DNA of 64,000 bases from Endomicrobiia bacterium (GTDB lineage: Bacteria; Elusimicrobiota; Endomicrobiia; DTEH01). This document shows positions 1 to 11,269 of this stretch, piece after piece. Made by a program: the position numbers and the translations under genes. The notes below the pieces were generated by a model. It did no database searches, was not told where the DNA came from, and saw only the letters and a program-made list of their open reading frames with translations. The stretch spans positions 32,001-96,000 of the forward strand of contig JBCNUU010000004.1 of assembly GCA_039630545.1 (NCBI GenBank). The letters are read 5' to 3'. The first letter of the stretch is position 1, and the number at the start of each line of letters is the position of its first letter.

Positions 1-761
1 TATGGAATCCTAACTAAAAGTATTTTTTTACCTATAATTTTAGAAAGGATATCTCTTAATTCAAAAATACTATAGCATTTTTCTTCAGCAACAAAAAATA
101 CTTCTGATTTAAATTTATTAAAGTTTTCAAGTATTTTTTTTATAACCTTTATCAGATCTTTAATGTAAGTAAACTGAATGCTAAAATTTTTACTAAAGTA
201 AGGCAAAATCCCACTTTTTGCCAACTTAAAGTATAAAAACATGTCCTTATCATACGGTCCGTATACCGCTGAAGGTCTAAGTATTATAGTAGTTATTTTA
301 TCTTTACATCTTAAGACTTCTTTTTCTGCTAATAATTTACTTTTTCCATAAAAAGAAACTGGATTCTCTTCTGATGTTTTGACTGAGGTATAAATTGTTG
401 ATGGCCCAAATGCCGCTAGAGATGAAATGTAAATTATACCTTTAATATTTTTTCCGTGTTGTAAAATAACATCTACCAGATTTTTTGTACCAACATGATT
501 TACTTCAAAGTAGGTAGTATTTTTTATACATCTTAACACTGCTGCTGTATGAATAACGATATCAGAATCTTTAATAGGTTCTACTAAGGTTTCTTTAAAT
601 CTAATATCACCATAATAAACTTTTGTTTTATTTATAACATTACTTATTTTTTCAACATTACTTGTTTTTCTTATCAGTATATTTATTTTATAATCTTCTG
701 TTAAATATTTTACTAAACTGCTTCCTATAAATCCATTTGCTCCTGTGATTAGAATTTTCAT
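1..761 (-). CDS. NAD-dependent epimerase/dehydratase (extended SDR), runs off the window edge
   Basis: Not in the ORF track. Manual translation from ATG at 761 gives MKILITGANGFIGSSLVKYL (GxxGxxG), later YISSLAAFGP, PVSFYGKSKL (YxxxK) and LRPSAVYGP. ATGA overlap with the recX stop. Confidence 0.9.
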   Translation of the reverse strand, partial: MKILITGANGFIGSSLVKYLTEDYKINILIRKTSNVEKISNVINKTKVYYGDIRFKETLVEPIKDSDIVIHTAAVLRCIKNTTYFEVNHVGTKNLVDVILQHGKNIKGIIYISSLAAFGPSTIYTSVKTSEENPVSFYGKSKLLAEKEVLRCKDKITTIILRPSAVYGPYDKDMFLYFKLAKSGILPYFSKNFSIQFTYIKDLIKVIKKILENFNKFKSEVFFVAEEKCYSIFELRDILSKIIGKKILLVRIP

Positions 762-1213
762 GTTTGATTCTTGATATTAGATATTATTATCTCTATATCA
801 GACAAATCAAATCCTCGATTTAAAAGAAATCTAATTACTTTCTGCTGATCAAAATTTTTAAATTTATTCTTTACAAATTTTTTAAGAAATTCCATCTGAA
901 GTTTTTTATAAAAAGAAACATCTATTTCAGAAAGATATTCTTTTTTAATTTCAAATATCTCCTTTAATTCGTAGATAATTAAATCTATACTTTTAGGCTT
1001 ATAAAGATTTTTTTCTATATAATTGACTGCAAATCTTTTATCATCAAGATATAGATTTTTTTTTAATTTTTCTATGACCTGTAAAACTATATTTTCTTTA
1101 AATCCTTTGTCCAAAAGTTTCTTAGTTACTTCATTTTCCGATCTGTCACGTATTTTTAATAATCTACAGCTATACTCATAAGCTTTTTGAAAATCATCTT
1201 CTTTAGTCATCAT
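758..1213 (-). CDS. recX: Regulatory protein RecX
   Basis: RLLKIRDRSENEV..KL, YLDDKRFA, RFLLNRGF match the RecX pattern. Confidence 0.85.
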   Translation of the reverse strand: MMTKEDDFQKAYEYSCRLLKIRDRSENEVTKKLLDKGFKENIVLQVIEKLKKNLYLDDKRFAVNYIEKNLYKPKSIDLIIYELKEIFEIKKEYLSEIDVSFYKKLQMEFLKKFVKNKFKNFDQQKVIRFLLNRGFDLSDIEIIISNIKNQT

Positions 1214-2406
1214 GTCTTATACATAGAGTTAATTTCTACATATTTTTTTGAAAGATCTGTTGTATAAAAAGTATAGGCATTATTTTGATTTTTTGTTTTT
1301 TTAAAATCAATAATTATACTGTAGAACTTTTTTTGCATTTCTTTTCTTATATATTTATCAGGTATATGATTTGAGTTCCCATTTTTTACAACTTGATATT
1401 TTCCTATCCATATACTAATTTTGTTTATGTCAAAATCAACACCACTTCTGCCACACACAGACAAAATTCTTCCCCAGTTTGGATCTGCTCCATGAATTGC
1501 TGTTTTAACTAACAGGGAGCTTGAAATTGAATTAAATACAGTAAGTGATTCTTTCAAAGAAAGATTTTTTATAATAAGTTTTATAACTTTTGTAACTCCT
1601 TCTCCATCAAATAATAGTTTTAAAATAATTTTTTCACAGATTTCTTTTATATTTCTTATAAAAGTTTTTATGTTTGCGTATGTTAGATTTATATCTATAA
1701 AACCATTTGACAAAAAAAATATTGTGTCATTAGGAGAAGTATCACCATCTATAGAAAAAGAGTTAAAATCAGGAATTATTATCTTCTTCATAATTTTGGA
1801 CATCAAAGAATACGGAAGTTTAAGATCCGTCAACAAGAAAACTAACATAGTAGCATGCTTGTTGAATTCTAACTTTGGCGCAATCATTCCAGCACCTTTA
1901 GCAAAACATAAAATATTTATTTTTTTACCATCCAAAACAAAAGTTTTATGTATAAATTTGGGTTTGGTGTCTGTAGTCATAATGGATCTTGAAAAACTTA
2001 AGATTGAGTTTTTGTCGTTAGACATGGAATTGATAAGAGTATCTAAATTAAAAATTATTTTATCTGTGGGTAATGGTTCTCCAATTACACCTGTAGATGC
2101 AATCAAGATTTCTTCTTTTTTGAAGTTTAATTTTTTTGCTAAGATACTACAAATTTCTTCAGTATTTTTAATGCCATTTATACCACAAGCAGTATTCGCA
2201 CATCCAGAATTAACTATTATACCTCTTATATGATTTGTTTTTTTTAAGTGATTCTTTGAAACTATAATAGAATTTGATTTAAGTAAATTTTTAGTAAAAG
2301 CAGCAACACATAATGCTGGCTTTTCAGAATAAATAAAACCTAAATCAAAACCATCTTTCTTGATACCTGCTTTTATTCCGCTAAATTTATAACCATTTAT
2401 ATTCAT
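1210..2406 (-). CDS. argJ: Ornithine acetyltransferase / N-acetylglutamate synthase
   Basis: GIKAGIK, VNSGCAN, STGVIG, IMTTDT, KGAGMI, ATML, DGDTSPND, DGEG, DPNWGR. Confidence 0.95.
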   Translation of the reverse strand: MNINGYKFSGIKAGIKKDGFDLGFIYSEKPALCVAAFTKNLLKSNSIIVSKNHLKKTNHIRGIIVNSGCANTACGINGIKNTEEICSILAKKLNFKKEEILIASTGVIGEPLPTDKIIFNLDTLINSMSNDKNSILSFSRSIMTTDTKPKFIHKTFVLDGKKINILCFAKGAGMIAPKLEFNKHATMLVFLLTDLKLPYSLMSKIMKKIIIPDFNSFSIDGDTSPNDTIFFLSNGFIDINLTYANIKTFIRNIKEICEKIILKLLFDGEGVTKVIKLIIKNLSLKESLTVFNSISSSLLVKTAIHGADPNWGRILSVCGRSGVDFDINKISIWIGKYQVVKNGNSNHIPDKYIRKEMQKKFYSIIIDFKKTKNQNNAYTFYTTDLSKKYVEINSMYKT

Positions 2407-3461
2407 ATGTTGATTAATCCTTCTGTTTCATCAAAACCAAACATTAAATTCATATTCTGAACAGCTTGACCAACAGCTCCTTTTATTAAGTTATCGATTG
2501 CTACAAAAATTTTAATCCAATCCGAATTATCCTCCTTAGCAAAAGATATTTCACAAAAATTTGTTTTTATCACATTTTTTGTTTGAGGAAGCTTTCCCAA
2601 AGGAAGTATTTTTATAAACGGAGAACTATTATAGTAACTCCTGTACATCTCCTCTAAAGTTTCTAAATCTAAACTTTCAGCAGCTTTTATGTAAATAGTG
2701 GTAAGCATTCCTTGATATTGAGGAACTACATATGGAGTAAATAAAAAATTGATTTCTTTTTTAGAAATCTCTAAAAGTTGTTCTTTAATCTCTGGAATAT
2801 GTCTATGTTTTCCATATACATTATAAGGATAAGTATTATTCCCACCATATCCCTCATACTCTTCTACCAGTTTTTTACCTCCTCCAGAATAACCACTTTT
2901 TGCATCTATTATTATTTCCTTAATATCATAGTTTGAAACGATTGGAGATAATCCTAAAATTGCAGTAGTAGGATAACATCCAGGATTAGCAATAAACTTT
3001 GAAGAAATAATTTTTTGTTTTCTTGCAGGTTCTGCTTCAGGAAGTCCATATACAAATTTTTCAAGCAACTCAGACAATATATGTTTGCATCCATAAAATT
3101 CTTCGTACAACTTTATATTTTTAATCCTGAAATCAGCACTTAAATCAATTATCCCTGGAAGTTTTTCTTCTCCATATAGGTCTAAAAAAACTTTAAGAAA
3201 CTCCATTGAAATTTTATGAGGAAGACATAAAAAAAGTAAATCCACATCGTTATTTGTTATTTCTTTATAAAAATTATTATCTGAGGTAGATAAGAATTTA
3301 GCTTTTTTTAACCCGTAGGCATTTTTAAAATGTTCAAATTCTTGAAAAGAAGCAGAAGAGCTCAACAAATATTCTACTTCTACTTTTGAGTGAAAAGATA
3401 AAATTTTTATAAGTTCTACAGATGTAACCCCAGAAATCCCTACTATTCCTATTTTTTTCAT
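2403..3461 (-). CDS. argC: N-acetyl-gamma-glutamyl-phosphate reductase
   Basis: IDLSADFR, YGLPE, IANPGCYPT, DAKSGYSG, HRHIPE, DNLIKGAVGQAVQNMN. Confidence 0.95.
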   Translation of the reverse strand: MKKIGIVGISGVTSVELIKILSFHSKVEVEYLLSSSASFQEFEHFKNAYGLKKAKFLSTSDNNFYKEITNNDVDLLFLCLPHKISMEFLKVFLDLYGEEKLPGIIDLSADFRIKNIKLYEEFYGCKHILSELLEKFVYGLPEAEPARKQKIISSKFIANPGCYPTTAILGLSPIVSNYDIKEIIIDAKSGYSGGGKKLVEEYEGYGGNNTYPYNVYGKHRHIPEIKEQLLEISKKEINFLFTPYVVPQYQGMLTTIYIKAAESLDLETLEEMYRSYYNSSPFIKILPLGKLPQTKNVIKTNFCEISFAKEDNSDWIKIFVAIDNLIKGAVGQAVQNMNLMFGFDETEGLINI

Positions 3462-3468
3462 TTGAACT

Positions 3469-4167
3469 TCACTCTATATAAAAACTTCCTACTACTTCTC
3501 CTTTAAGTTGAATTTCGTTTAATTTCATATAAAGCTCTTTGAGTTCTCCACGAATGAATTCTTCGAAAATTTTTGTTATTTCTCTACCAATCACACATTT
3601 AGTAGACGAAGGAAAAATTTCAATTAGAATTTCTAATGTTTTTTTAATTCTTTTAGGCGATTCATAAAATACCACTGTAATATCTTTTAAACTTTTTATT
3701 TCATTAAAAATTTTTTTTATTTTCCCGGCTTTTTTAGGAATAAATCCTATGAATAAAACTTTATCCATAGGTAGACCAGAAGCAACCAGCATCGCAACAA
3801 AAGCTGTTGGACCAGGTACAGGTATGACTTTAATATTTTCGTTGATACATTCTTTTATGATAAGAAATCCCGGATCTGAAATTCCAGGCGTACCACTATC
3901 TGAAACTAACGCTACATTGTGAGATTGTTTTATATAGGGAATTATTTCTTTTATTCTTTTTTTTTCTATGTAACTATAATAACTTTTAAGTGGCTTATTT
4001 ATATTATAGTAATCACACAAAATCTTAGTTCTTCTTGTATCTTCACACAATATCAAATCAACAGAATTTAAAACTTTAACAGCTCGATATGTTATATCTT
4101 CCAAATTTCCTATCGGAGTAGAAACTACATATAATGCACCATATTGTTCTTTCATTAATCTATTCAA
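3469..4167 (-). CDS. rsmI: 16S rRNA C1402 2'-O-methyltransferase
   Basis: LYVVSTPIGNLEDITYRA, CEDTR, SDSGTPGISDPG, YESPKR, REITKIFEE. Confidence 0.95.
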   Translation of the reverse strand: MNRLMKEQYGALYVVSTPIGNLEDITYRAVKVLNSVDLILCEDTRRTKILCDYYNINKPLKSYYSYIEKKRIKEIIPYIKQSHNVALVSDSGTPGISDPGFLIIKECINENIKVIPVPGPTAFVAMLVASGLPMDKVLFIGFIPKKAGKIKKIFNEIKSLKDITVVFYESPKRIKKTLEILIEIFPSSTKCVIGREITKIFEEFIRGELKELYMKLNEIQLKGEVVGSFYIE

Positions 4168-5023
4168 TAATTTCTAAAGTGAAATCTATATCCTTGGCAG
4201 AATGAGTTATACTACCTATAGAAACAAAATCTATATCTAAAGAAAGCAATTTTTTTATTTTATCTTCAGTGATTTTACCTGAAACTTCTATTTTAGTATT
4301 TGGAAGTTTTTGTCTTATTATTTTTATTGCTTTTTTGAGTTGTTCGTATTTCATATTATCTAACATGATTATATCTGGTTTTATCTTCAAAGCAAGTTTC
4401 AACTCTTTAAAATTACAACATTCAATCTCAACATCAGTAGTATAATCCAACCTTTGTCTTACACGATAAAGAATCTCCTCTATTGGAAGTTTTTTTAACT
4501 CACACAATCTAATATGATTATCCTTTACAAGAACCATATCGTCAAGACGAAATCTATGATTTTTACCTTTACCACAAACCACAGCATATTTTTCAAGATA
4601 TCTTAACCCTGGATGAGTTTTTCTTGTATCATATATATCAAATTTGCCTTTGGAAAGTTTAACAAATCTATAAGTTAAGGTTGCTATTCCACTTAAATGT
4701 TGTAAAAAATTTAAAGCTACTCTTTCACCGGTAAGAATTGCTCTTGCAGAACCTTTTATCCGTGCTACTTCTTTGTTAGGTTTTACAAAATCACCATCAG
4801 AAACACTTGCACGCCAGTTACATTTTCTATCTAACATTTTAAAAACTTCTTTTACTATTTGAAGACCACAAACTACGCATTTTTCCTTAGCTATAATTTT
4901 TGCTGTAGCTTTTAGTGTAGGAGGAATTATATTTTCTGTAGTAATATCGCCTCTACCTATGTCTTCTTCTAATGCAAGTTTTATAATTGGCAAAAAGTTT
5001 TTTCTGTCAAGTTTTATTTTCAT
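4160..5023 (-). CDS. nadC: Quinolinate phosphoribosyltransferase
   Basis: GDITT, ERVALNFLQHLSGIAT, DTRKTHPGLR, KDNH, IMLDNM. Confidence 0.95.
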   Translation of the reverse strand: MKIKLDRKNFLPIIKLALEEDIGRGDITTENIIPPTLKATAKIIAKEKCVVCGLQIVKEVFKMLDRKCNWRASVSDGDFVKPNKEVARIKGSARAILTGERVALNFLQHLSGIATLTYRFVKLSKGKFDIYDTRKTHPGLRYLEKYAVVCGKGKNHRFRLDDMVLVKDNHIRLCELKKLPIEEILYRVRQRLDYTTDVEIECCNFKELKLALKIKPDIIMLDNMKYEQLKKAIKIIRQKLPNTKIEVSGKITEDKIKKLLSLDIDFVSIGSITHSAKDIDFTLEIIE

Positions 5024-7010
5024 TCACCAACTTTATTTTCATATCCTTTATCTGTTTTATTCTTTCTCTATACATAATTGCAGTTTCGAAATCAAGGAGT
5101 TCAGCAGATTTTTTCATCTCTTCTTCAAGCATCTTTATTACTTTGTCTATATTCTCTTTTGTAATATATTGAACATCTACATCTTTTATCTCTGGAATAT
5201 GCTTGCTTCTTGCAATATGTTGAAATTCTTCTAATTCTCTTACTGCTTTTACTATACTTTTGGGTGTTATTTTATGTTTCTTGTTATATTCAAGCTGTTT
5301 TTTTCTTCTTCTTTCCATTTCTTTAATAGCTGATTTGATAGAATTTGTAATTTTATCCGCATAAAGTATTATTCTACCATTGATATTCCTTGCTGCTCTT
5401 CCAGCAAGTTGAATCAAGGTTGTCTCATTTCTTAAGAATCCTTCCTTATCGGCATCAAAAATCGCAACTAGAGAAACCTCTGGAAGATCAAGTCCTTCTC
5501 TTAATAAATTTACCCCTACTAATACATCAAATTCTCCTTTTCTTAAGTCTTTTATTATATTTATTCTTGTCAATGCATCTATGTCTGAATGAATATACTT
5601 TACTTTATATTTTTGAGAAATTAAGTACTCTGTTAAATCTTCGGCAGTGCGTTTTGTTAATGTATTCACTAAAACACGCTCTTTGTTTTTAATTACCATA
5701 TTTATTTCTTTTTTAACATCTTCTACTTGCTTTTTAGCAGGACGGACAAAAACTGGAGGATCTACAAGACCTGTGGGCCTTACTATTTGTTCGACTATTC
5801 TATTTTTAGAAATTTGTATTTCCCATTTACCTGGAGTAGCTGAAGAATAAATCACATAGTTTAGCAGTCCTAAAAATTCATCAAACTTTAAAGGTCTGTT
5901 ATCTAAAGCAGATGGTAGTCTAAATCCATAGTCTACCAAGGTTTGTTTTCTTGATCTATCACCTTCATACATACCATAGAGTTGAGGAATACTAACATGC
6001 GATTCATCTATTATGCATAAAAAGTCTTTCGGGAAATAATCAATTAAACATCCTGGACGTTCACCAGGTTTTCTACCAGAAAGATGTCTTGAATAATTCT
6101 CAATACCATGACAAAATCCAGTTGTCTGTAAAAGCTCTAAATCGTTCATCGTGCGTCTATATATCCTTTCTGCTTCAAGTAATTTCCCTTGTGATTTGAA
6201 ATACTCTACTCTTTCTTTAAGTTCTTCTTTAATGTTTTTGAGTGCTTCTTCAAACTTGGGAGGTGTAGTAACAAAATGACTTGCAGGATATATGTAGAAT
6301 TTCTCATGTTCATGTATAACTTCGTTTGTTAAAGGTTTTATTTCCTTTATATACACTACCTCATCGTCTTCAATTTTTATCCTAATAAAATTTTCTAGAT
6401 AAGATGGCCATACATCAATAATGTTACCTTGATATCTGAATTTATTACGAGTAAAATCAATATTATTTCTTTCATACCTAATTTTCACAAGTTCTGAGGT
6501 AAGAAACTCGATTGAAACTCTTTTTCCTACTTCAAGATATACACATAAATTTTTAAAATCTTCTGGAGATCCGATATTATATATACAAGAAACAGAAGCT
6601 ACAACAATCACATCCTCTCTTGAAATTAAACTTGTAGTGGCTTTTAGTCTAAGTCTGTCAATCTGTTCATTAATTGAAGCATCTTTGTCTATATAGGTAT
6701 CTGTCTCTGGAATATAAGCTTCTGGTTGATAATAATCATAATAAGATATAAAATACTCCACAGCATTATGAGGAAAAAATTCTTTAAACTCAGAATAAAG
6801 TTGTGCTGCTAAGGTTTTGTTGTGAGAAATAATTAAAGTTGGTTTGTTAATTTTTGCGATTACATTTGCCAAAGTAAATGTCTTACCAGAACCTGTTACA
6901 CCTAACAATACCTGATGCTTATAACCTTTTTTTATACCTTCTACAAGTTTAGCTATAGCTTTTGGCTGATCTCCAGCAGGTTTAAATTTTGAGAAGAGTC
7001 GAAATTTCAT
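5007..7010 (-). CDS. uvrB: Excinuclease ABC subunit B
   Basis: GDQPKAI, GVTGSGKT, YYDYYQPEAY, DESH, GFRLPSALDNRPL, C-terminal UVR domain. Confidence 0.98.
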   Translation of the reverse strand: MKFRLFSKFKPAGDQPKAIAKLVEGIKKGYKHQVLLGVTGSGKTFTLANVIAKINKPTLIISHNKTLAAQLYSEFKEFFPHNAVEYFISYYDYYQPEAYIPETDTYIDKDASINEQIDRLRLKATTSLISREDVIVVASVSCIYNIGSPEDFKNLCVYLEVGKRVSIEFLTSELVKIRYERNNIDFTRNKFRYQGNIIDVWPSYLENFIRIKIEDDEVVYIKEIKPLTNEVIHEHEKFYIYPASHFVTTPPKFEEALKNIKEELKERVEYFKSQGKLLEAERIYRRTMNDLELLQTTGFCHGIENYSRHLSGRKPGERPGCLIDYFPKDFLCIIDESHVSIPQLYGMYEGDRSRKQTLVDYGFRLPSALDNRPLKFDEFLGLLNYVIYSSATPGKWEIQISKNRIVEQIVRPTGLVDPPVFVRPAKKQVEDVKKEINMVIKNKERVLVNTLTKRTAEDLTEYLISQKYKVKYIHSDIDALTRINIIKDLRKGEFDVLVGVNLLREGLDLPEVSLVAIFDADKEGFLRNETTLIQLAGRAARNINGRIILYADKITNSIKSAIKEMERRRKKQLEYNKKHKITPKSIVKAVRELEEFQHIARSKHIPEIKDVDVQYITKENIDKVIKMLEEEMKKSAELLDFETAIMYRERIKQIKDMKIKLVNENKT

Positions 7011-7783
7011 TTTTTAATTTTGAAATTCTTAAAAAATTCTTTTAATGTTTCAAGTTGATTATAATCAGTTATATCAAATGTTAAGGGAGTAATTGAAATA
7101 TAACCATTTTCAACAGAAGAAATATCAGATGAAAAACTTCTTTGAGGTAGGTTTTTAATTAATTTACTTTTTAGCCAATAATAAGGTATTCCAATTGGAT
7201 CTTTTTTTTTGAAAACTATATCTTCGTATTTTCTCTCCCCTAAAGAAGTTATTCTCACATCTTTTGGTATATTTTTGGGGAAGTTTATATTAAGAAAAAA
7301 ATTTTTTTCTTTTGTTTTATATCTAAGAATGTGCTCTACTATCTGTCTAGTAAATTTTGCAACTGAAGAATAATTGCTACCTAAAGTAGAAACAGCTATT
7401 CCAGAAGTATTTAGGAATATCGCCTCTCTTGCAGCAGCAACAGTTCCTGAGTAATTCACATCCTGACCTAAATTTGGACCTTGATTTATACCAGAAACAA
7501 CTATATCTGTCTTAAATTTCTGTAATTCTATAATTCCTAATCTTACACAATCAGCAGGAGTTCCTGTTACTAATTTTATCTTTTGACCATTTATTTTTAC
7601 TTCTTTTATCCTTACGGGACTACACAAAGTAAGAGAGTGACTTACAGCAGACATTTCTTTCTCAGGCACAATGGCACACACATCAGCAATTTTCTTCATT
7701 TCTTTTATTAATGGAAACAATCCATCACTGAATAATCCGTCATCATTAGTAATAAGAATTTTATATTTTTTTTTATTTAGCAT
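7007..7783 (-). CDS. surE: 5'/3'-nucleotidase SurE
   Basis: [33 protein letters not shown]. Confidence 0.95.
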   Translation of the reverse strand: MLNKKKYKILITNDDGLFSDGLFPLIKEMKKIADVCAIVPEKEMSAVSHSLTLCSPVRIKEVKINGQKIKLVTGTPADCVRLGIIELQKFKTDIVVSGINQGPNLGQDVNYSGTVAAAREAIFLNTSGIAVSTLGSNYSSVAKFTRQIVEHILRYKTKEKNFFLNINFPKNIPKDVRITSLGERKYEDIVFKKKDPIGIPYYWLKSKLIKNLPQRSFSSDISSVENGYISITPLTFDITDYNQLETLKEFFKNFKIKK

Positions 7784-9323
7784 AATCCTCCACTCTTACT
7801 TCCCGTATAACCACTATCTTTATCTGCCCGGGATAATCCACTTCGTCTTCTATTTTTTTCGCAATATCCCTTGCTAAAATACTAACTTGTGAATCATTAA
7901 CTTTGTCCGATTCCACCAGTACTCTGAGTTCTCTTCCAGCGTAAATTGCATATGCATTTTCTACTCCTCTAAACGATTTAGCTATTTGTTCTATCTTTTC
8001 TACCCTCTTTATGTAATGTTCTACAGTATCTTGTCTTGCACCCGGTCTTGAAGCCGAAATAGCATCTGCTACTGATAAAATAAATGCTTCTAAACTTTGT
8101 GGTTCTGTAATCCCTTCATGATGTGATAAAATTGCATTTATCATTTTCTCTGATTCTCCATATTTTTTTGCTATATCAGCAGAAATTTGATGATGTGAAC
8201 CCTCAACTTCATGACTTACTGCTTTTCCTATATCATGTAACAATCCTGCTCTTTTACAAAAATTAACATCAGCTCCTAACTCACCAGCAATAGCTCCTGC
8301 AATTATAGCCACCTCTTTTGTATGCTGAAGCTGATTTTGCCCATAAGAAGTTCTAAATTTTAATTTTCCCAAAAGTTTAAGAATTTCGGGATCTAACCCA
8401 AAAATCCCTAACTCTATCGCCACATCTTCTCCTATTTTTTTAACATATTCTTCAAATTCTAACTTTGTTTTATTAACAATATCTTCAATTCTGGCTGGGT
8501 GAATTCTGCTGTCTTGTATAAGCTTTTCCATAGCAATCTTTGCTATTTCACGTCTTACAGGATCAAAAGAAGAAATTACCAACGTTTCCGGTGTATCATC
8601 TACTATTACATCTACACCTGTAAGTTGCTCAAAAACTCTGATATTTCTTCCTTCCCTTCCTATAATTCTCCCTTTCAACTCATCAGGTACAGAAATTATA
8701 GTAGTAGTATTATCAACAGCCACTTCAGAAGCTACTCTTTGCATAGCAGTAACTAATATTTCTTTGGCTTTCTTTTCTGCATTCTCTTTAAATTCATCTT
8801 CATATTTTTTAAGTTTTAAAGCAAATTCATTTTTAACATCTTCTTCTAAACTTTGAAGCAAAATTTTTTTTGCTTCCTCTTGAGTCAAACCAGAAATTTT
8901 TTCAAGGATTTGTCTTTGTTTTTCTTGTTGTTGTAAAAGATGCTTTTTTTCTTCTTCTAATTTCATATATTCCTGTCTTATTTTATTTTCTTTTTCGTAT
9001 AATTCTTTTGTCCTTTTATCTATAATTTCATATTTTCTATCTATAGTTTCTTCTTTACTTCTTAATTTTCTTTCCCATGCAAGAAGTTCCTGTCTGTGTT
9101 CTCTATTGATGCGCTCTAATTCATTTTTTTCTTTTTCTATAATGTATTTTGCTTCTTGCTTTGCTTTCCTTATTTCTTCATCATAAAACTTTTTTGCTTC
9201 TTCTATTATTTTTTTTGCTTGCATCTCTAAAGAATTAAGATTTTTTTTAGCATAAAGGTATCTTAATAAATAACCTAAAACAACTCCTGAAACTAAAAAT
9301 ATAATTACCATTAGCCAGTTCAT
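7773..9323 (-). CDS. rny: Ribonuclease Y
   Basis: N-terminal TM helix, coiled coil, KH domain ([13 protein letters not shown]), HD domain (LLHDIGK), [12 protein letters not shown]. Confidence 0.97.
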   Translation of the reverse strand: MNWLMVIIFLVSGVVLGYLLRYLYAKKNLNSLEMQAKKIIEEAKKFYDEEIRKAKQEAKYIIEKEKNELERINREHRQELLAWERKLRSKEETIDRKYEIIDKRTKELYEKENKIRQEYMKLEEEKKHLLQQQEKQRQILEKISGLTQEEAKKILLQSLEEDVKNEFALKLKKYEDEFKENAEKKAKEILVTAMQRVASEVAVDNTTTIISVPDELKGRIIGREGRNIRVFEQLTGVDVIVDDTPETLVISSFDPVRREIAKIAMEKLIQDSRIHPARIEDIVNKTKLEFEEYVKKIGEDVAIELGIFGLDPEILKLLGKLKFRTSYGQNQLQHTKEVAIIAGAIAGELGADVNFCKRAGLLHDIGKAVSHEVEGSHHQISADIAKKYGESEKMINAILSHHEGITEPQSLEAFILSVADAISASRPGARQDTVEHYIKRVEKIEQIAKSFRGVENAYAIYAGRELRVLVESDKVNDSQVSILARDIAKKIEDEVDYPGQIKIVVIREVRVEDYAK

Positions 9324-9351
9324 TTTAACAAATCTCCTTTCTTAATAAACT

Positions 9352-9924
9352 CTAAACTTTAATAAAATATGTTTCAGAAATTACATAATCAACATAAGTG
9401 TCAAACTTAGATACTGGCAAACAATCCAATATTTGAAAATCGTAACCAACACCACAACTTAAAGTCTTTGTTTTTTTTAATAGCTTATCATAATAACCTC
9501 CTCCGTACCCCAATCTATATCCTTTTTTATCAAAAGCTATACCTGGAACTAATATAAAATCAATGATTTCAAAAATATTTGGAATCTCACTATGTTGAGT
9601 TTCTTTTGGTTCATAGATACCAAATTTATTTTTAACAAATTCTCCATTATATTTTCTTATCAAAAGTTCCTTTTTTTCAAAATCTACTACAGGAAAAAAG
9701 AAATTTTTGCTTCTGTCATCCATCAATTTTAAGATGTTCACTTCTTTTTTAAAAGGGTAATAAATTAAAACATTTTTTGCTAATTTAAATCTCTCTAATT
9801 TAGCAATATTTTCAATAATTATTTGACTTTTTTTTTCTACTTCTTTCTCAGACAAACTTTCTCTTATTTCTAAAATTTTCTTTCTTAAAATTCGTTTTTT
9901 TTCTGTGATTTCATCTGTCGCCAT
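9352..9924 (-). CDS. 5-formyltetrahydrofolate cyclo-ligase
   Basis: FGIYEP, VPGIAFDKKGYRLGYGGGYYD. Confidence 0.93.
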   Translation of the reverse strand: MATDEITEKKRILRKKILEIRESLSEKEVEKKSQIIIENIAKLERFKLAKNVLIYYPFKKEVNILKLMDDRSKNFFFPVVDFEKKELLIRKYNGEFVKNKFGIYEPKETQHSEIPNIFEIIDFILVPGIAFDKKGYRLGYGGGYYDKLLKKTKTLSCGVGYDFQILDCLPVSKFDTYVDYVISETYFIKV

Positions 9925-11201
9925 TTCTCTAACCTTTGTTTTATTTCTTTTTCTTTACCTATATCTTTAGGAAAATAAAACCATTTGTCTATATTTATAT
10001 ATTTTTGTACAACAAAACCTTCTTTATAATCATGAGGATAAAGATAACCTTGACCATGTCCTAAAGATTTTTCATCTCTATGACCATCTTTAAGATGGTC
10101 AGGTACCTCTTCAATTACACCTTTATTTATTTCTTCTTTTACTTTATTTAAAGCCTCATAACTTGCATTTGACTTTTCAGCACAAGCTAAATAACACACA
10201 ACCTGCGCAAGAATTATCTCCATCTCAGGCATTCCTACAAATTCAGCAGCCTGCAAAGCCGATGTGCTTAAAACTAAAGCATACGGATCAGCGTTTCCTA
10301 TATCTTCCGAAGCTAAAATTACAAGTCTTCTTATTATATAGCGAGGATCTTCTCCTGACAACAGCATTTTTTCCATCCAGTAAAGTGCAGCATCTGGATC
10401 TGAACCACGAATAGATTTAATTAAAGCTGAAATATGGTCGTAGTGATAATCCGAGTTTTTATCATATCTAAATGACACAGAAGGAATACATTGTTTTATT
10501 ATATCTAAAGTTATTTTATTTTTATCTAAACCTATTAAATAAGAAGAAACTATATCTATAACATTTAGTGCCTTCCTTGCATCACCATCTGCATACTTTA
10601 TAATGTATTCTATAGCATCTGGTTCTATCATAAATTGATATTTACCCAACCCCTGCTCTTTATCAGAAAGAGCCTTATTTATAATAGTTTTTATATTTTC
10701 AGCAGAAAGTTTTTTAAACTCAGCAACAAATGATCTGGAAATCAAAGCCTGATTAACATAGTAATACGGGTTTTCTGTCGTTAAACCTATAAGTATAATG
10801 TTCCCATGCTCAATTTCTGGTAATAATATATCTTGCTGATATCTATTAAAATGATGGATTTCATCTAAAATTACAACTAATCTTTCATTATATGACTTAT
10901 ATCTATTTATCATTTCTTTCAATTCAGAAATACCTACTAAAGTAGCATTTGTTTCTAACACCTCTGCTTTTGTTTTTTTAGCAATAAGTTTTGCCAATGC
11001 TGTTTTGCCTGTCCCAGATGGTCCAAATAAAATTAAAGAGAAAAGTTTATCTTGTTCTATTAAATTTCTCAAAACGGAATTTTTACTTAAAAGATGCTCT
11101 TGACCTACAAATTCTTCAAAATCTTTGGGTAGAAGTTTGCTAGCTAAAGGTATATTTTTTTGTTTTTCAACATTAAATAGATTCATAAAAATAAAAAACA
11201 T
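9885..11201 (-). CDS. rarA: Replication-associated recombination protein A (start may be ATG at 11186)
   Basis: GQEHL, GPSGTGKT, DEIHHFN, TTENP, SALIKSIRGSDPDAA, SEDIGNADP, YLYPHDY. Confidence 0.95.
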   Translation of the reverse strand: MFFIFMNLFNVEKQKNIPLASKLLPKDFEEFVGQEHLLSKNSVLRNLIEQDKLFSLILFGPSGTGKTALAKLIAKKTKAEVLETNATLVGISELKEMINRYKSYNERLVVILDEIHHFNRYQQDILLPEIEHGNIILIGLTTENPYYYVNQALISRSFVAEFKKLSAENIKTIINKALSDKEQGLGKYQFMIEPDAIEYIIKYADGDARKALNVIDIVSSYLIGLDKNKITLDIIKQCIPSVSFRYDKNSDYHYDHISALIKSIRGSDPDAALYWMEKMLLSGEDPRYIIRRLVILASEDIGNADPYALVLSTSALQAAEFVGMPEMEIILAQVVCYLACAEKSNASYEALNKVKEEINKGVIEEVPDHLKDGHRDEKSLGHGQGYLYPHDYKEGFVVQKYINIDKWFYFPKDIGKEKEIKQRLEKWRQMKSQKKNEF

Positions 11202-11224
11202 AAATTAAATTACAGTTTTTTTAG

Positions 11225-11263
11225 AATATATATAAAGGAGTGAAATTAGGAAAGTTTTATGGT
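11225..11263. repeat. Left arm of the inverted repeat flanking zapA
   Basis: AATATATATAAAGGAGTgAAATTAGGAAAgTTTTATGGT equals the reverse complement of 11577-11613 except for two extra G (lower case). Confidence 0.95.
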
Positions 11264-11269
11264 TAGAGC